From Candidatus Rokubacteria bacterium 13_1_40CM_69_27 (GTDB lineage: Bacteria > Methylomirabilota > Methylomirabilia > Rokubacteriales > CSP1-6), in assembly GCA_001917535.1 (NCBI GenBank), contig MNEF01000029.1, positions 13,815-77,814 on the forward strand: a stretch of 64,000 nucleotides of DNA. Direction: 5' to 3'. This document shows positions 1 to 10,850 of this stretch, one piece after another (the stretch's first letter is position 1; each line of letters starts with the position of its first letter). A program made the position numbers and the translations under genes. A model generated the notes under the pieces. The model saw only the letters and a program-made list of their open reading frames with translations, did not search any database and was not told the DNA's origin.

Positions 1-566
1 GCCCCGGGCCCCGCGCCGCGCCGAAGACGCGCGCGCGCCCGCTCGACCAGGACGGGTGGTGCTCGACCTCCCAGATGAGATACCGGATGGCGAGGAAAGC
101 GCCGGCGCCCAGACCGAGCATCATGCCCAGGCCCGACAGCGACAGCGCGCTCGTCGCCGAGAAGAAGCCGCCGATGTTGCAACCGAAGGCGAGGATGGCG
201 CCAACGCCCATGAGCAGGCCGCCCAGCGCGCCCTTTACCAGCTCTCCGGCCGGCGGCACGCGCACGGCGAACTCGCAGCTGAGCAGCGCCGCCACCAGGC
301 CGCCCACCAGCACGCCGGTGTTCAGCAGCGCTCCCGAGTAGAGCCACGGCGCGATCAAGTCCGGGCGGTGCAGCGCGCCGAGCCCGGTGAGGATCCAGTC
401 GCCCCAGTTCCGCATGCCGTCGGAAGCGGTCCAGGGGCGATCGAAGGCGAAGAGGAAGACGTTCACCGTGGCCACCAGCACGGCCGCGCCCCACACGGGC
501 CAGGGCCGCCGGAACATCGCGTCATGCTGCGCGGCGAAGAGCCCTTTCATTCGGACGAGCATTCTA
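1..566 (-). CDS. YeeE/YedE family membrane protein (putative sulfur-compound transporter), 3' end outside window
   Basis: Own translation of reverse strand from ATG at 566-564 is open to position 1: MLVRMKGLFAAQHDAMFRRPWPVWGAAVLVATVNV...GAILAFGCNIGGFFSA; hydrophobic with the GCNIGG motif typical of YeeE/YedE; not in ORF track because no stop lies in the window. Confidence 0.6.
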
Positions 567-639
567 GCATTACGCCGTGACCAGCGGGGCCGGCGAGGTA
601 TCATCCAGCAACCCACCGCCCAATGGAGCCGGAAGCGCA

Positions 640-875
640 ACGATGAATCTGGCGGCTCTCGGCAAGGACAACGTCCGGACATTCGGCGAGTGCCCGGCGC
701 TCGCGTTCGAGGGCCGCCAGCTGACCGCGCCGCCAATCGACTGGCCAACGCGCTGCGCCGGCTCGGCGCGGGTCCGGGCGACCGGGTCGTCGTCATGCTC
801 CCGAACTGCCCGGAGGTGATGCAGATGTACGCGGCGACCGCCAGCCCGAGGAAACCGCTGGCTTCCTTTATATAG
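640..875 (+). pseudogene. Remnant of acyl-CoA synthetase (AMP-binding) N-terminus, split over two frames
   Basis: Frame 1 (ORF 577..819) MNLAALGKDNVRTFGECPALAFEGRQLT then frame 3 (ORF 387..875) ...RLANALRRLGAGPGDRVVVMLPNCPEVMQMYAA: typical start of fatty-acid CoA ligases, then stop after ~80 aa. Confidence 0.45.
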
Positions 876-1148
876 CATGCTGGGCGATGCGCTTCGCGAC
901 GTGCTCGACCCGCGCCTGCGCGGATCGTAACCCCCTGCCGCCGGCACCGATCAGAAACATCGAGCGGTGTCCGGCGTTCTGACACCGATCCGTCCACGGG
1001 CCTCGGCCGGAATCGCCGCGGAACCCTCGTCAAAATTGGCACGATTCCCCCGTTCGGGGAGTTTGGCACGGGCGCTGCACAACTCACACGCGGTTCGAAA
1101 TCGGGCTTGCCCGGATGGCGGGGCAGGCCACATGAACGAGGTGGAGCA

Positions 1149-2084
1149 ATGGAACACAGGCAGCCCATCGTGGGGTTGAAGCGCTGGAGCCTTTTCCTCA
1201 TCGTCGCGCTCATGCTCGGCGCGGCGGTTCCGGCGGGAGCCCAGAAGCCGGCGGAGACCGATACCCAGCTCGGCAAGGAGGCGAGGGAGATCGACGCCTC
1301 GGCGAGTCGCGCGGACGCGGCGCGCGTGTCCCGGCGGATCGCCGAAGAATTCTCCACGGTCCAGGTGAAGTCGTCGGCCACGGACCCGAACGCGCGGCCT
1401 CTGACGCTCCAGGACGTCCAGACCCTCCGGAGCAAGGGGCTCGGCTACGGCGAGATCACGATTCTCCTGGCCCTCTACGCCCGCCAGTCGAGCGTCACGT
1501 TCTCCACGATCGATCAGATCCGGGAGATGAAGCAGTCGGGCCAGGGTTGGGGCCCGATCGCGAAGACCCTCGGCGTCGAGCGGCTGGGTGCCGTGCGACG
1601 CGACGTCAAGCGGACCGATCACGCCGTCCGCGCCCTCGCCCAACCGATGAACGAGGGGGAGCAGAAGCACGCCGCCCAGCTCCAGGCGGAAGCCAAGGGG
1701 GTCGACGCGGAGGCGGCCGCGGCCGGATCCACCCCGGACGGCCAGCGGCGGGTGACACAGGCCATCGCGAAGGAATTCAAGGTCGACGAGTCGGTGGTCA
1801 CCAGCCTGCGCAATCGGGGGCTCGGCTTCGGCGAGGTGGCCATCACCCTCGCGCTCGCGGACGAGCTGAAGAAGCGCGGGATGACCGACCAGGACGCTCT
1901 CAAGACGATCCTGGATCGACGGGCTGCCGGCCAGGGCTGGGGCCAGATCACCCACGACCTCGACCTCAAGCTCGGCCGCGTGCTCAGCAAGGTCAAGAAG
2001 ACGCAGAAGGAAGTCGCACACGCCGACGGCGCGGGGGCGGCGAAGGCCGAGAAGCCTGAGCGAACGGAGCGGGTCGGACGCTGA
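1149..2084 (+). CDS. Secreted hypothetical protein with internal tandem duplication
   Basis: ORF 1107..2084; Met at 1149 followed by signal-like WSLFLIVALMLGAAVPAGAQ; two repeats of ...SLRxxGLGxGEIxIxLAL...QGWGxIxxxL... Confidence 0.55.
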   Translation: MEHRQPIVGLKRWSLFLIVALMLGAAVPAGAQKPAETDTQLGKEAREIDASASRADAARVSRRIAEEFSTVQVKSSATDPNARPLTLQDVQTLRSKGLGYGEITILLALYARQSSVTFSTIDQIREMKQSGQGWGPIAKTLGVERLGAVRRDVKRTDHAVRALAQPMNEGEQKHAAQLQAEAKGVDAEAAAAGSTPDGQRRVTQAIAKEFKVDESVVTSLRNRGLGFGEVAITLALADELKKRGMTDQDALKTILDRRAAGQGWGQITHDLDLKLGRVLSKVKKTQKEVAHADGAGAAKAEKPERTERVGR

Positions 2085-2238
2085 TGAACCGCCGGGCGCC
2101 GGCGCGGCAACTCCGCCGCGCCGGCGCCCGTTTCCATTTGTAAGGCCGAGTTGTCAGGCCGAGGCCCCTGTGACTATGCTCAAGCCCAGAGACCGCCCGC
2201 TGACAGGCGACTCCATCATCCTCGACCGGAGAACAGCT

Positions 2239-3012
2239 ATGCGCTACTGCGCTGTCATGATCGTGGTCGGGCTCACCTTCGTCGGCGTCACCCCCGCCCT
2301 GGCCGAGGACCCGCACTGGCTGTTTTCGACCTCCATCAACTACTCGCGCGGCGACTACGGCACCGACGAAAACACCACGATCGTCTACGTGCCGTTCACC
2401 TTCGGCGCCGCCTGGGACCGGCTGGAGTTCAAGCTCACCGTGCCGTACCTCCGTCAGACGTCGGAGAACGTCACCGTGACCGGCGGCGGCGTCGCCGTAC
2501 GGAGCGGACAGCAGGCCCGGACCACCGAGGGCGGCATCGGCGATATCCTGCTGCGGGGGTCCTACATCATCCTCGAGGAGCAACAGGTACTCCCCGAGGT
2601 CGCCCCCTACGTCAAGATCAAGTTCCCCACCGCCGACGAGGATCGGGGGCTGGGCACGGGCAAGTTCGATGAAACGCTTGGCGTCGACTTTGCCAAGACC
2701 TTCCTGGAGCGCTGGACGGGATTTCTGACCCTGGCCTACACGTTCATCGGCTCGCCCTCCGGGGCGGACCTCCGCGACTCCTTCAGCTGGTCCATGGGGG
2801 CGGCCTACAGCGTGACGCGGCCGCTCAGCGTCTTTGCGTTCCTCGATGGCGCGCAGGCCATCTCTCCGCACCAGGTAGATCCCTGGGGGCTGCGTTTCGG
2901 CTCGGAGTACCGGCTCACCAGGGTCATGAAGCTGACGGGCTCGGTGGGCGTCGGGCTCACCCGCGGCGAGGCCGACTTCAGCCTGTCGGGCGGGGTCGCG
3001 TTCCGGTTCTGA
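2239..3012 (+). CDS. Outer-membrane beta-barrel protein (MipA/OmpV-like), signal peptide, C-terminal Phe
   Basis: ORF 2170..3012; MRYCAVMIVVGLTFVGVTPALA signal; alternating amphipathic strands; ends ...GGVAFRF. Confidence 0.55.
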   Translation: MRYCAVMIVVGLTFVGVTPALAEDPHWLFSTSINYSRGDYGTDENTTIVYVPFTFGAAWDRLEFKLTVPYLRQTSENVTVTGGGVAVRSGQQARTTEGGIGDILLRGSYIILEEQQVLPEVAPYVKIKFPTADEDRGLGTGKFDETLGVDFAKTFLERWTGFLTLAYTFIGSPSGADLRDSFSWSMGAAYSVTRPLSVFAFLDGAQAISPHQVDPWGLRFGSEYRLTRVMKLTGSVGVGLTRGEADFSLSGGVAFRF

Positions 3013-3016
3013 GAGC

Positions 3017-3825
3017 CTACTTCCCCAGGGCCTTGCGCCGCCAGAGCTCCCACGGGCGGCCGTAGGTCCCGGAGACCGAGGCGTCCGCCTTGCGCGCCTC
3101 CTCGGGATCGAGGTAGGTGACGGGGCCCAGCGCCATCGCCTGGGCCTGCAGCCGCGCGTTCATCTCCATATAGACGCTGCGGGCGACGGCGTGGACGATC
3201 GTGGGGCCCACGACCACCGCGCCGTGGCCGCGCATGATGGCAGTGGTGTGCTGGCCCACCGTCTGCGCCAGCGCCCGGCCGAGCTGCGGGTTACGGACGA
3301 GGAGGTCCGTCAGGCCGCCCGCGTTCCGGATCTCGAAGACCGGTACGCCCTCGCCCAGGAACGCCGCCATATGATAGATGGGTCGAAGCGCGGCCGTGCT
3401 CACGCTGAAGGGGATGACCGACGGCGAGTGATGGTGGACGATGGCCTTGACGTCCGGCCGGACCTTGTAGATCTCGCCGTGGATGAACCGCTCGAGGTAG
3501 CTGGTCCGGCCCCGGGCATCCACCGGATTATTGTCGAGGTCGTACTCCATGATGTCCGCGGCCGTCACCAGCTCGGGGGCGAGCGAGCGCGACATAAGAT
3601 ATCGGTTGGCGTCGCGGTCGTGCCGCACGCTGACGTGTCCGTAGCCGTCGAGCACGCCCTGATCCACCAGGATGCGGTTGGCGGCGACGAGGTCCTCGAT
3701 CAGCTTGGGGTCGGCCGGTCCGGCCGAGGCGGGGGCGGGCTCGGCCGCCGCCCGCCGGGTCACCCCCAGGACGACCACCGGCAGGACGCGGCAGCCGGAC
3801 ACGAGGAGCTGGCGGCGCGTCACCA

Positions 3826-3826
<1 letters not shown>
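3017..3826 (-). CDS. Class II aldolase/adducin-family protein with Tat-like signal
   Basis: ORF 3017..3826; MVTRRQLLVSG... then class II aldolase-like core (HHHSP, GHGAVVVG). Confidence 0.75.
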
Positions 3827-5904
<2,078 letters not shown>

Positions 5905-5951
5905 TCGCGACCTCCCGGGGCGGAGCGATGCGGTGGGGAGATGCTACCATA

Positions 5952-6066
5952 TTTGCTCGGAGGGGGACTCCGTCCCCCGTCCTCGTCGGAGGGGGCCTCG
6001 ACGGCCCCCTCCGAGACCTCCCCCTAGGATAGGTCGCGCCGGCGGAGCCGGCGCTCGAGCTCCGGT
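5952..6066. repeat. GC-rich palindromic repeat element (REP/MITE-like family, copy A)
   Basis: ctcggagggggactccgtcccccgtcc...tcggagggggcctcgacggccccctccga...cctcccc...gcgccggcggagccggcgctcga; the same modules recur at 8.15, 23.65, 38.47, 39.34, 45.72 and 56.28 kb. Confidence 0.6.
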
Positions 6067-7302
6067 TCAGCGCGTGAGGACCTGCTGGACCCGCGCGACG
6101 ATGTCGTCGTCGGAACCGGTGAGGTCGACGGGCGGCGGCAGCGGTGGGGGCTCGTTCTTGATCCCGCTTCCGGTGAGGACGAGGACGATCCGGGCATCGG
6201 CGGCGAGCGCGCCCCGGTCTTTCAGCTGAATCAGCGCCGCGACCGTCGCCGCCGCCTCCGGCGCCGTCCACACGCCGTCGACCCGCGCCAGCAGGCGCTG
6301 GGCCTGGCGGATGGCGGTCTCGCTCACGGCCAGGGCCTCGCCCTTGCTCTCGCGGATCACGCCGAGCATCTGACGTCCCGCGAAGGGAGAGGGCACGCGC
6401 AGCCCCGCCGCGTGGGTCACCGGGCTCGCCCAGGGGCTGGTCGTCTCGGCGCCCTCACGCCATGCCTTGACGACCGGCGCGCAGCCCTCGGCCTGCACGC
6501 TGACGAAGCGCGGCAACGCGCCGGCGAGCCATCCCATCGCCCGCAGCTCCTCGTAGGCCTTGGCGATACCGACCAGGCCGGTGCCGCCGCCGGTAGGGTA
6601 GACGAGGAGGTCGGGCATGGTCCAGCCCAGCTGCTCGGCCAGCTCGAGCCCCATCGTCTTCTTGCCCTCGAGGCGGTACGGCTCCTTGAGCGTCGAGAGA
6701 TCGAACCAGCCGACCTGGGGCGCGACCTCGGCGACGATCTTGCCGGCGGTGGCGATCGAGCCCTCGACCGTGAAGACGTGCGCGCCGGCGATCAGCGCCT
6801 CGGCGACCGCTGCGGGCGGCGTGCCCCGTGGCACGATCACGGCGCACGGCAGGCCGCACCGCGCCGCGTACACCGCCGCCGCGCCGCCGGCGTTGCCCGC
6901 CGACGGGATGACGAAGCCCCGGGCCCCCAGGGTCCGGGCCCGCGTGATCGCCATGCCGAGCCCCCGGGCCTTGAAGGTGCCGGTGGGATTCTGGCCCTCG
7001 TCCTTGGCCAGCACGTGGCGCAGCCCAAGCTGCGCGGCCAGTCGCGGCAGCGGTAGCAGCGGCGTGCCTCCCTCGCCGAGCGTCACCGGCTCCTCGCCGT
7101 CGTCCAGCGGGGTCAGCTCGCGGAAGCGGTACATCCCCGGCGGCCGGCCGCGCAGCGCATCCTTGCTCACGTGCGCCGCCAGGCGCTCGAGGTCGTAGCG
7201 CGCAGCCAGCATCTGGCTGCACCTCTCGCACACGGTGAGCAGGCGCTTGGCGTCGTGGCGGTGACCGCACACGGTGCACTCGACGTGGGTGAGAAAGCTC
7301 AT
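6067..7302 (-). CDS. thrC: Threonine synthase (PLP-dependent, with N-terminal Cys4 zinc-ribbon)
   Basis: ORF 6067..7347; MSFLTHVECTVCGHRH...CERC then GTFKARG Lys motif of fold-type II PLP enzymes. Confidence 0.8.
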   Translation of the reverse strand: MSFLTHVECTVCGHRHDAKRLLTVCERCSQMLAARYDLERLAAHVSKDALRGRPPGMYRFRELTPLDDGEEPVTLGEGGTPLLPLPRLAAQLGLRHVLAKDEGQNPTGTFKARGLGMAITRARTLGARGFVIPSAGNAGGAAAVYAARCGLPCAVIVPRGTPPAAVAEALIAGAHVFTVEGSIATAGKIVAEVAPQVGWFDLSTLKEPYRLEGKKTMGLELAEQLGWTMPDLLVYPTGGGTGLVGIAKAYEELRAMGWLAGALPRFVSVQAEGCAPVVKAWREGAETTSPWASPVTHAAGLRVPSPFAGRQMLGVIRESKGEALAVSETAIRQAQRLLARVDGVWTAPEAAATVAALIQLKDRGALAADARIVLVLTGSGIKNEPPPLPPPVDLTGSDDDIVARVQQVLTR

Positions 7303-7430
7303 CGCGATTTCTGGCTCGTGGGGGTCCTGAGCGCGAGTATAGCCCACGGACCGCCCGCGAGCCGTGTATCGGAATGCCGACGCTGACGAGCCTCCACCAC
7401 CACGCTAGAATGGCCGGCAGGAGACTCCCC

Positions 7431-8138
7431 ATGAGCGATCTCCTCACGCGGCGCCGGTTCACCGTCGAGGAGTACCATCGGATGGGCTCGGCGGAAATCC
7501 TCGCCAAGGACGAGCCGGTCGAGCTCATCGCCGGGGAGATCGTCGTGCGCGAGCCGATCGGCTCGCGGCACGCCGGCACGGTGAACCACCTCACTCATCT
7601 CTGGACGTGGCGGCTGGGGGAGCGTGCCGTCGTCCAGATCCAGAACCCCATCGAATTCCTGAAGGAAGACTCCGAGCCCCAGCCAGATGTGACGCTGCTG
7701 CGTCCACGCGCGGACTCTTACAGGGCGGCGCACCCGGTGGCGGCCGACGTCCTGCTCCTCGTCGAGGTGGCGGACGGCAGCCTCGCCGTCGATCGCCGCG
7801 TGCGGATGCCGCTCTACGCGCGCGCCGGCATCCGCGAGGCCTGGCTCCTGGATCTGACGGCGGACCGCGTGGAGGTCTACCGCGCGCCGACCGCTGACAG
7901 CTACCAGCACGTGGTGTATCACGTAGGCGAACTCGTTGGCGATCGCCGCGTGCTCCTCACCGCAGAATCCGGGCGGGAACGTGTACTCCACCACCGCCAC
8001 CGCCTCGTTGTTCAGCACGACCTTGTCGGCGACGTCCTGCGTCGTCCCTCCCGCCGGCACGAGCAGGGCCAGCACCGTCCCCAGCATGGCATGGCGTGGC
8101 TTCACCGGACACCTCCGACCTGGCGCGGGCGCGATTGA
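7431..8138 (+). CDS. Uma2-family (DUF820) putative endonuclease; C-terminal ~60 aa look degenerate
   Basis: MSDLLTRRRFTVEEYHRMGSAEIL...ELIAGEIVV..PIGSRH...EPQPDVTLL...LLLVEVADGSLAVDRRVRMPLYARAGIREAWLLDL...VEVYR; canonical Uma2 motifs; the tail after ~7930 is low-complexity. Confidence 0.55.
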   Translation: MSDLLTRRRFTVEEYHRMGSAEILAKDEPVELIAGEIVVREPIGSRHAGTVNHLTHLWTWRLGERAVVQIQNPIEFLKEDSEPQPDVTLLRPRADSYRAAHPVAADVLLLVEVADGSLAVDRRVRMPLYARAGIREAWLLDLTADRVEVYRAPTADSYQHVVYHVGELVGDRRVLLTAESGRERVLHHRHRLVVQHDLVGDVLRRPSRRHEQGQHRPQHGMAWLHRTPPTWRGRD

Positions 8139-8149
8139 GACGACATTTC

Positions 8150-8235
8150 GAGCGCGGGCGGAGCCCGCGCAACCGAGTCCTGGGGGGAGGTATCGGAAGG
8201 GGGGCAAAGCCCCCCTCCGAGGCTAAATCGACTGA
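8150..8235. repeat. REP/MITE-like element, copy B (inverted module order)
   Basis: gagcgcgggcggagcccgcgcaa...cctggggggaggt...tcggaaggggggcaaagcccccctccga between convergent Uma2 and ispH ends. Confidence 0.5.
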
Positions 8236-9215
8236 CGCATGACGGTCCGCGAGGGCAGAGTGATCTCCCGCTCGCGAGCCATGTGCTCGAGCTCCGAGGG
8301 CAGCCCGAACCGCACGTTCTCCTCGACGACGTGAACCTCCCGCACCGCGGCGCCCCCTCGTCGGAGCGCTGCCACCGTCTCCGTGACCAGGATCTCGGGC
8401 GTGGATGCGCCGGCGGTCACGCCGATCCGCTGGGCGCCCTGCAGCCACTCGGCCTTGACGTCGTGGACATTGTTGATCAGGTAGGCCGGCGTGCCGGCCG
8501 ACTGCGCCACCTCGACCAGTCGGATGGCGTTCGAGCTGTTGGCCGCGCCGATCACCAGCAGCACGTCCACGTCGCCCGCCACCGTCTTCACGGCCGCCTG
8601 GCGGTTCTGCGTCGCGTAGCAGATGTCGTCCCGGGACGGGCCCACGATCCTGGGAAACCGGCGCCGGAGCGCCTCGATGACGTCCCGCGTGTCGTCCACC
8701 GACAGCGTCGTCTGTGTGAGGTAGGCGATCTTCTCGGGGTTCGGAACCTTCAGCTTCTCGACCTCGGCGACGCTGTCGATGACGAAGATGCGTCGGGGCG
8801 CCTCGCCCAGGGTGCCGATCACCTCGTCGTGGTCCTCGTGGCCGATGAGGATGATGGAGTAGTTTTCTCGCGCGTACCGGATCGCCTCCAGGTGCACCTT
8901 GGTGACGAGCGGGCACGTCGCGTCGATCACCCGCAGGCCGCGGCGAGCGGCGTCCTCCCGCACGGCCGGGGAGACCCCGTGAGCGCTGAAGATCACCGTG
9001 GCGCGGTCGGGAACCTCGTTCAGCTCGTCGACGAATATCGCGCCCTTGGCCCGGAGCTTCTCCACGACGTAGCCGTTGTGGACGATCTCTCGCCGCACGT
9101 AGACGGGCGGCCGGCACACCTCCAGCGCCAGCTCCACGATGTCGATGGCGCGCTCGACCCCGGCGCAGAAACCCCGGGGACCGGCCAGGACGATTTCGGC
9201 GATGGACGTGGCCAT
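8223..9215 (-). CDS. ispH: 4-hydroxy-3-methylbut-2-enyl diphosphate reductase
   Basis: MATSIAEIVLAGPRGFCAGVERAIDIVE...ATCPLVTKVH...: full-length IspH/LytB with conserved Cys ligands. Confidence 0.9.
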   Translation of the reverse strand: MATSIAEIVLAGPRGFCAGVERAIDIVELALEVCRPPVYVRREIVHNGYVVEKLRAKGAIFVDELNEVPDRATVIFSAHGVSPAVREDAARRGLRVIDATCPLVTKVHLEAIRYARENYSIILIGHEDHDEVIGTLGEAPRRIFVIDSVAEVEKLKVPNPEKIAYLTQTTLSVDDTRDVIEALRRRFPRIVGPSRDDICYATQNRQAAVKTVAGDVDVLLVIGAANSSNAIRLVEVAQSAGTPAYLINNVHDVKAEWLQGAQRIGVTAGASTPEILVTETVAALRRGGAAVREVHVVEENVRFGLPSELEHMAREREITLPSRTVMRQSI

Positions 9216-9222
9216 GTGGCTC

Positions 9223-9828
9223 CTACTTGAAGAAGAATGATACGCCTGCCAGGCCCGTATGTGCCTCGAAACCTCGATTGGGGGTCTCGGTGTTCCCGTT
9301 GGACATGTGGACCAGGCGGTAACCGGCGTAGATCGCGGTGTGGTCGGTGATGAAGATCGAAGCTCCCAGGCCGCCGGCCAGCCAGAACGCGAACTCGGAT
9401 CGGATCTCCCTGACCCTGAGATCGGTGGCCCCCGCGGCTCCGGCGATCTCCACATAGGGAACGACGCGGCCGAACGACAGGAAATGGTAGCGGCCCACCA
9501 GCCCGAGGCCGGCGTAGAAGGCCGTCACCGGCTCGGTGTACCTCTGGTAGACCGGCTCCAGCCCGATCTCCAGCGCGCCGTGGAGCAACCCATTCCCCAG
9601 CGGCTGGAAGGGCAGCAGCGACGCGCGGACGCCGGCGTACCAGAGATCGAGACCGGTCTGGACGTCCTGGCCGTCGAGGTTGTGCTGAGCGCCGCCTCCG
9701 GCCTCGAGGGAGAGGATGCGTGTCCCCTTCTGGTACGCCTCGTCGGGGTCGAACGCCAGGGCGGGCCCGACCGTGGCCAGGAGTGCCCAGACCAGCGCGA
9801 GCCCGAGGACTCTCGGAGGCCACGTCAT
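9223..9828 (-). CDS. PagL-like lipid A deacylase / acyloxyacyl hydrolase family outer-membrane protein
   Basis: Signal peptide MTWPPRVLGLALVWALLATVGPALA; C-terminal ...GYRLVHMSNGNTETPNRGFE...VSFFFK (His/Ser catalytic pair as in PagL). Confidence 0.6.
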   Translation of the reverse strand: MTWPPRVLGLALVWALLATVGPALAFDPDEAYQKGTRILSLEAGGGAQHNLDGQDVQTGLDLWYAGVRASLLPFQPLGNGLLHGALEIGLEPVYQRYTEPVTAFYAGLGLVGRYHFLSFGRVVPYVEIAGAAGATDLRVREIRSEFAFWLAGGLGASIFITDHTAIYAGYRLVHMSNGNTETPNRGFEAHTGLAGVSFFFK

Positions 9829-10850
9829 GGCTCGATCAGCACTTTCAACGCCTCGCCTCTCGACATGAGCTCGAGCGCCTCCCGGACGCGCTCCAGTCCC
9901 ATACGATGCGTGAGCAGGCCGTCGGGGTTCAGTGCGTCCGATTCAAGGAGCTCGACCCCCCGGCGGATCAGGTCAGGCGTATGGTGAAACGCGCCGACCA
10001 GGGTGAGCTCTTCGTAGTGCACTCGCCGTGTGTCGAGGGGCACGGTCGTTCCCGGCGCACAGCCGCCGAAGAATACCACGGTCCCGCCCCGCGTCGCCGC
10101 CGCCATCGCCTGCTGCCACACCTCCGGCAGGCCGGTGGCGTCCACGGTGACGTCGGCGCCCCGGCCGGCCGTCACCGCCCGGAGGTCGGCCACGACGTCG
10201 GCCGAGGCCGTGGCGTCGACGCACTCTCCGATCGCCAGCGCGCGCACCCGCTCGAATCGCCAACCGCGCTTGCCCACCAGGATCACGCGCGCCTTGCGGG
10301 AAGCCGCCACCATGCCGAGCAGGCAGCCGAGCGGCCCATGGCCGAAAACGACCACGGTCTGCCCGCGCTCCAGGCGTGCGCGCTCGATCGCGCCGAGGGC
10401 GCAGGCCAGAGGCTCGGCGAACGCCGCCCGCGCCGCGGAGAGCGCGCGGCCCAGGGGCACGACGTTACGCCGGACGAGACGCGGCGGCAGCGCGATGGCC
10501 TCGCCATAGGCCCCGTTGACGAAGAGCAGGTCCTCACACAGGTTGGCCCGACCGCCGAGACACAACGCGCACGCACCACAGGGCGCGGAGTTGGCCGCCA
10601 CCACGCGATCCCCTTCGCGGAGATCGCTCACGCCGGCGCCCACGGCGGACACGGTGCCGGCGAGCTCGTGGCCGAAGACGGTGGGCAGGCGGGGGATCAT
10701 GACCGGATGCCCGCGCCGGAGCGTCTTCACGTCGGTGCCGCAGGTGAGCGCGGCGTCGATCTTGACGACGATCTCGCCGGGTCCCGGCGTGGGCCACGGC
10801 AGATCCTCGTAGCGGAGATCGCCGGGGCCGTGGAAGACGACGGCCCTCAT
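9825..10850 (-). CDS. Zn-dependent alcohol dehydrogenase (MDR superfamily)
   Basis: MRAVVFHGPGDLRYEDLPWP...CGTDV...GHE..G...GDRV.....PCGAC..C; GxGxxG NAD site; ATGA overlaps on both sides. Confidence 0.8.
   Translation of the reverse strand: MRAVVFHGPGDLRYEDLPWPTPGPGEIVVKIDAALTCGTDVKTLRRGHPVMIPRLPTVFGHELAGTVSAVGAGVSDLREGDRVVAANSAPCGACALCLGGRANLCEDLLFVNGAYGEAIALPPRLVRRNVVPLGRALSAARAAFAEPLACALGAIERARLERGQTVVVFGHGPLGCLLGMVAASRKARVILVGKRGWRFERVRALAIGECVDATASADVVADLRAVTAGRGADVTVDATGLPEVWQQAMAAATRGGTVVFFGGCAPGTTVPLDTRRVHYEELTLVGAFHHTPDLIRRGVELLESDALNPDGLLTHRMGLERVREALELMSRGEALKVLIEP

Noticed and set aside
56-580. Plus-strand ORFs 56..580 and 75..341
   Set aside because: Antisense to a hydrophobic YeeE/YedE-like reading frame that carries the GCNIGG motif; plus-strand products are low-complexity
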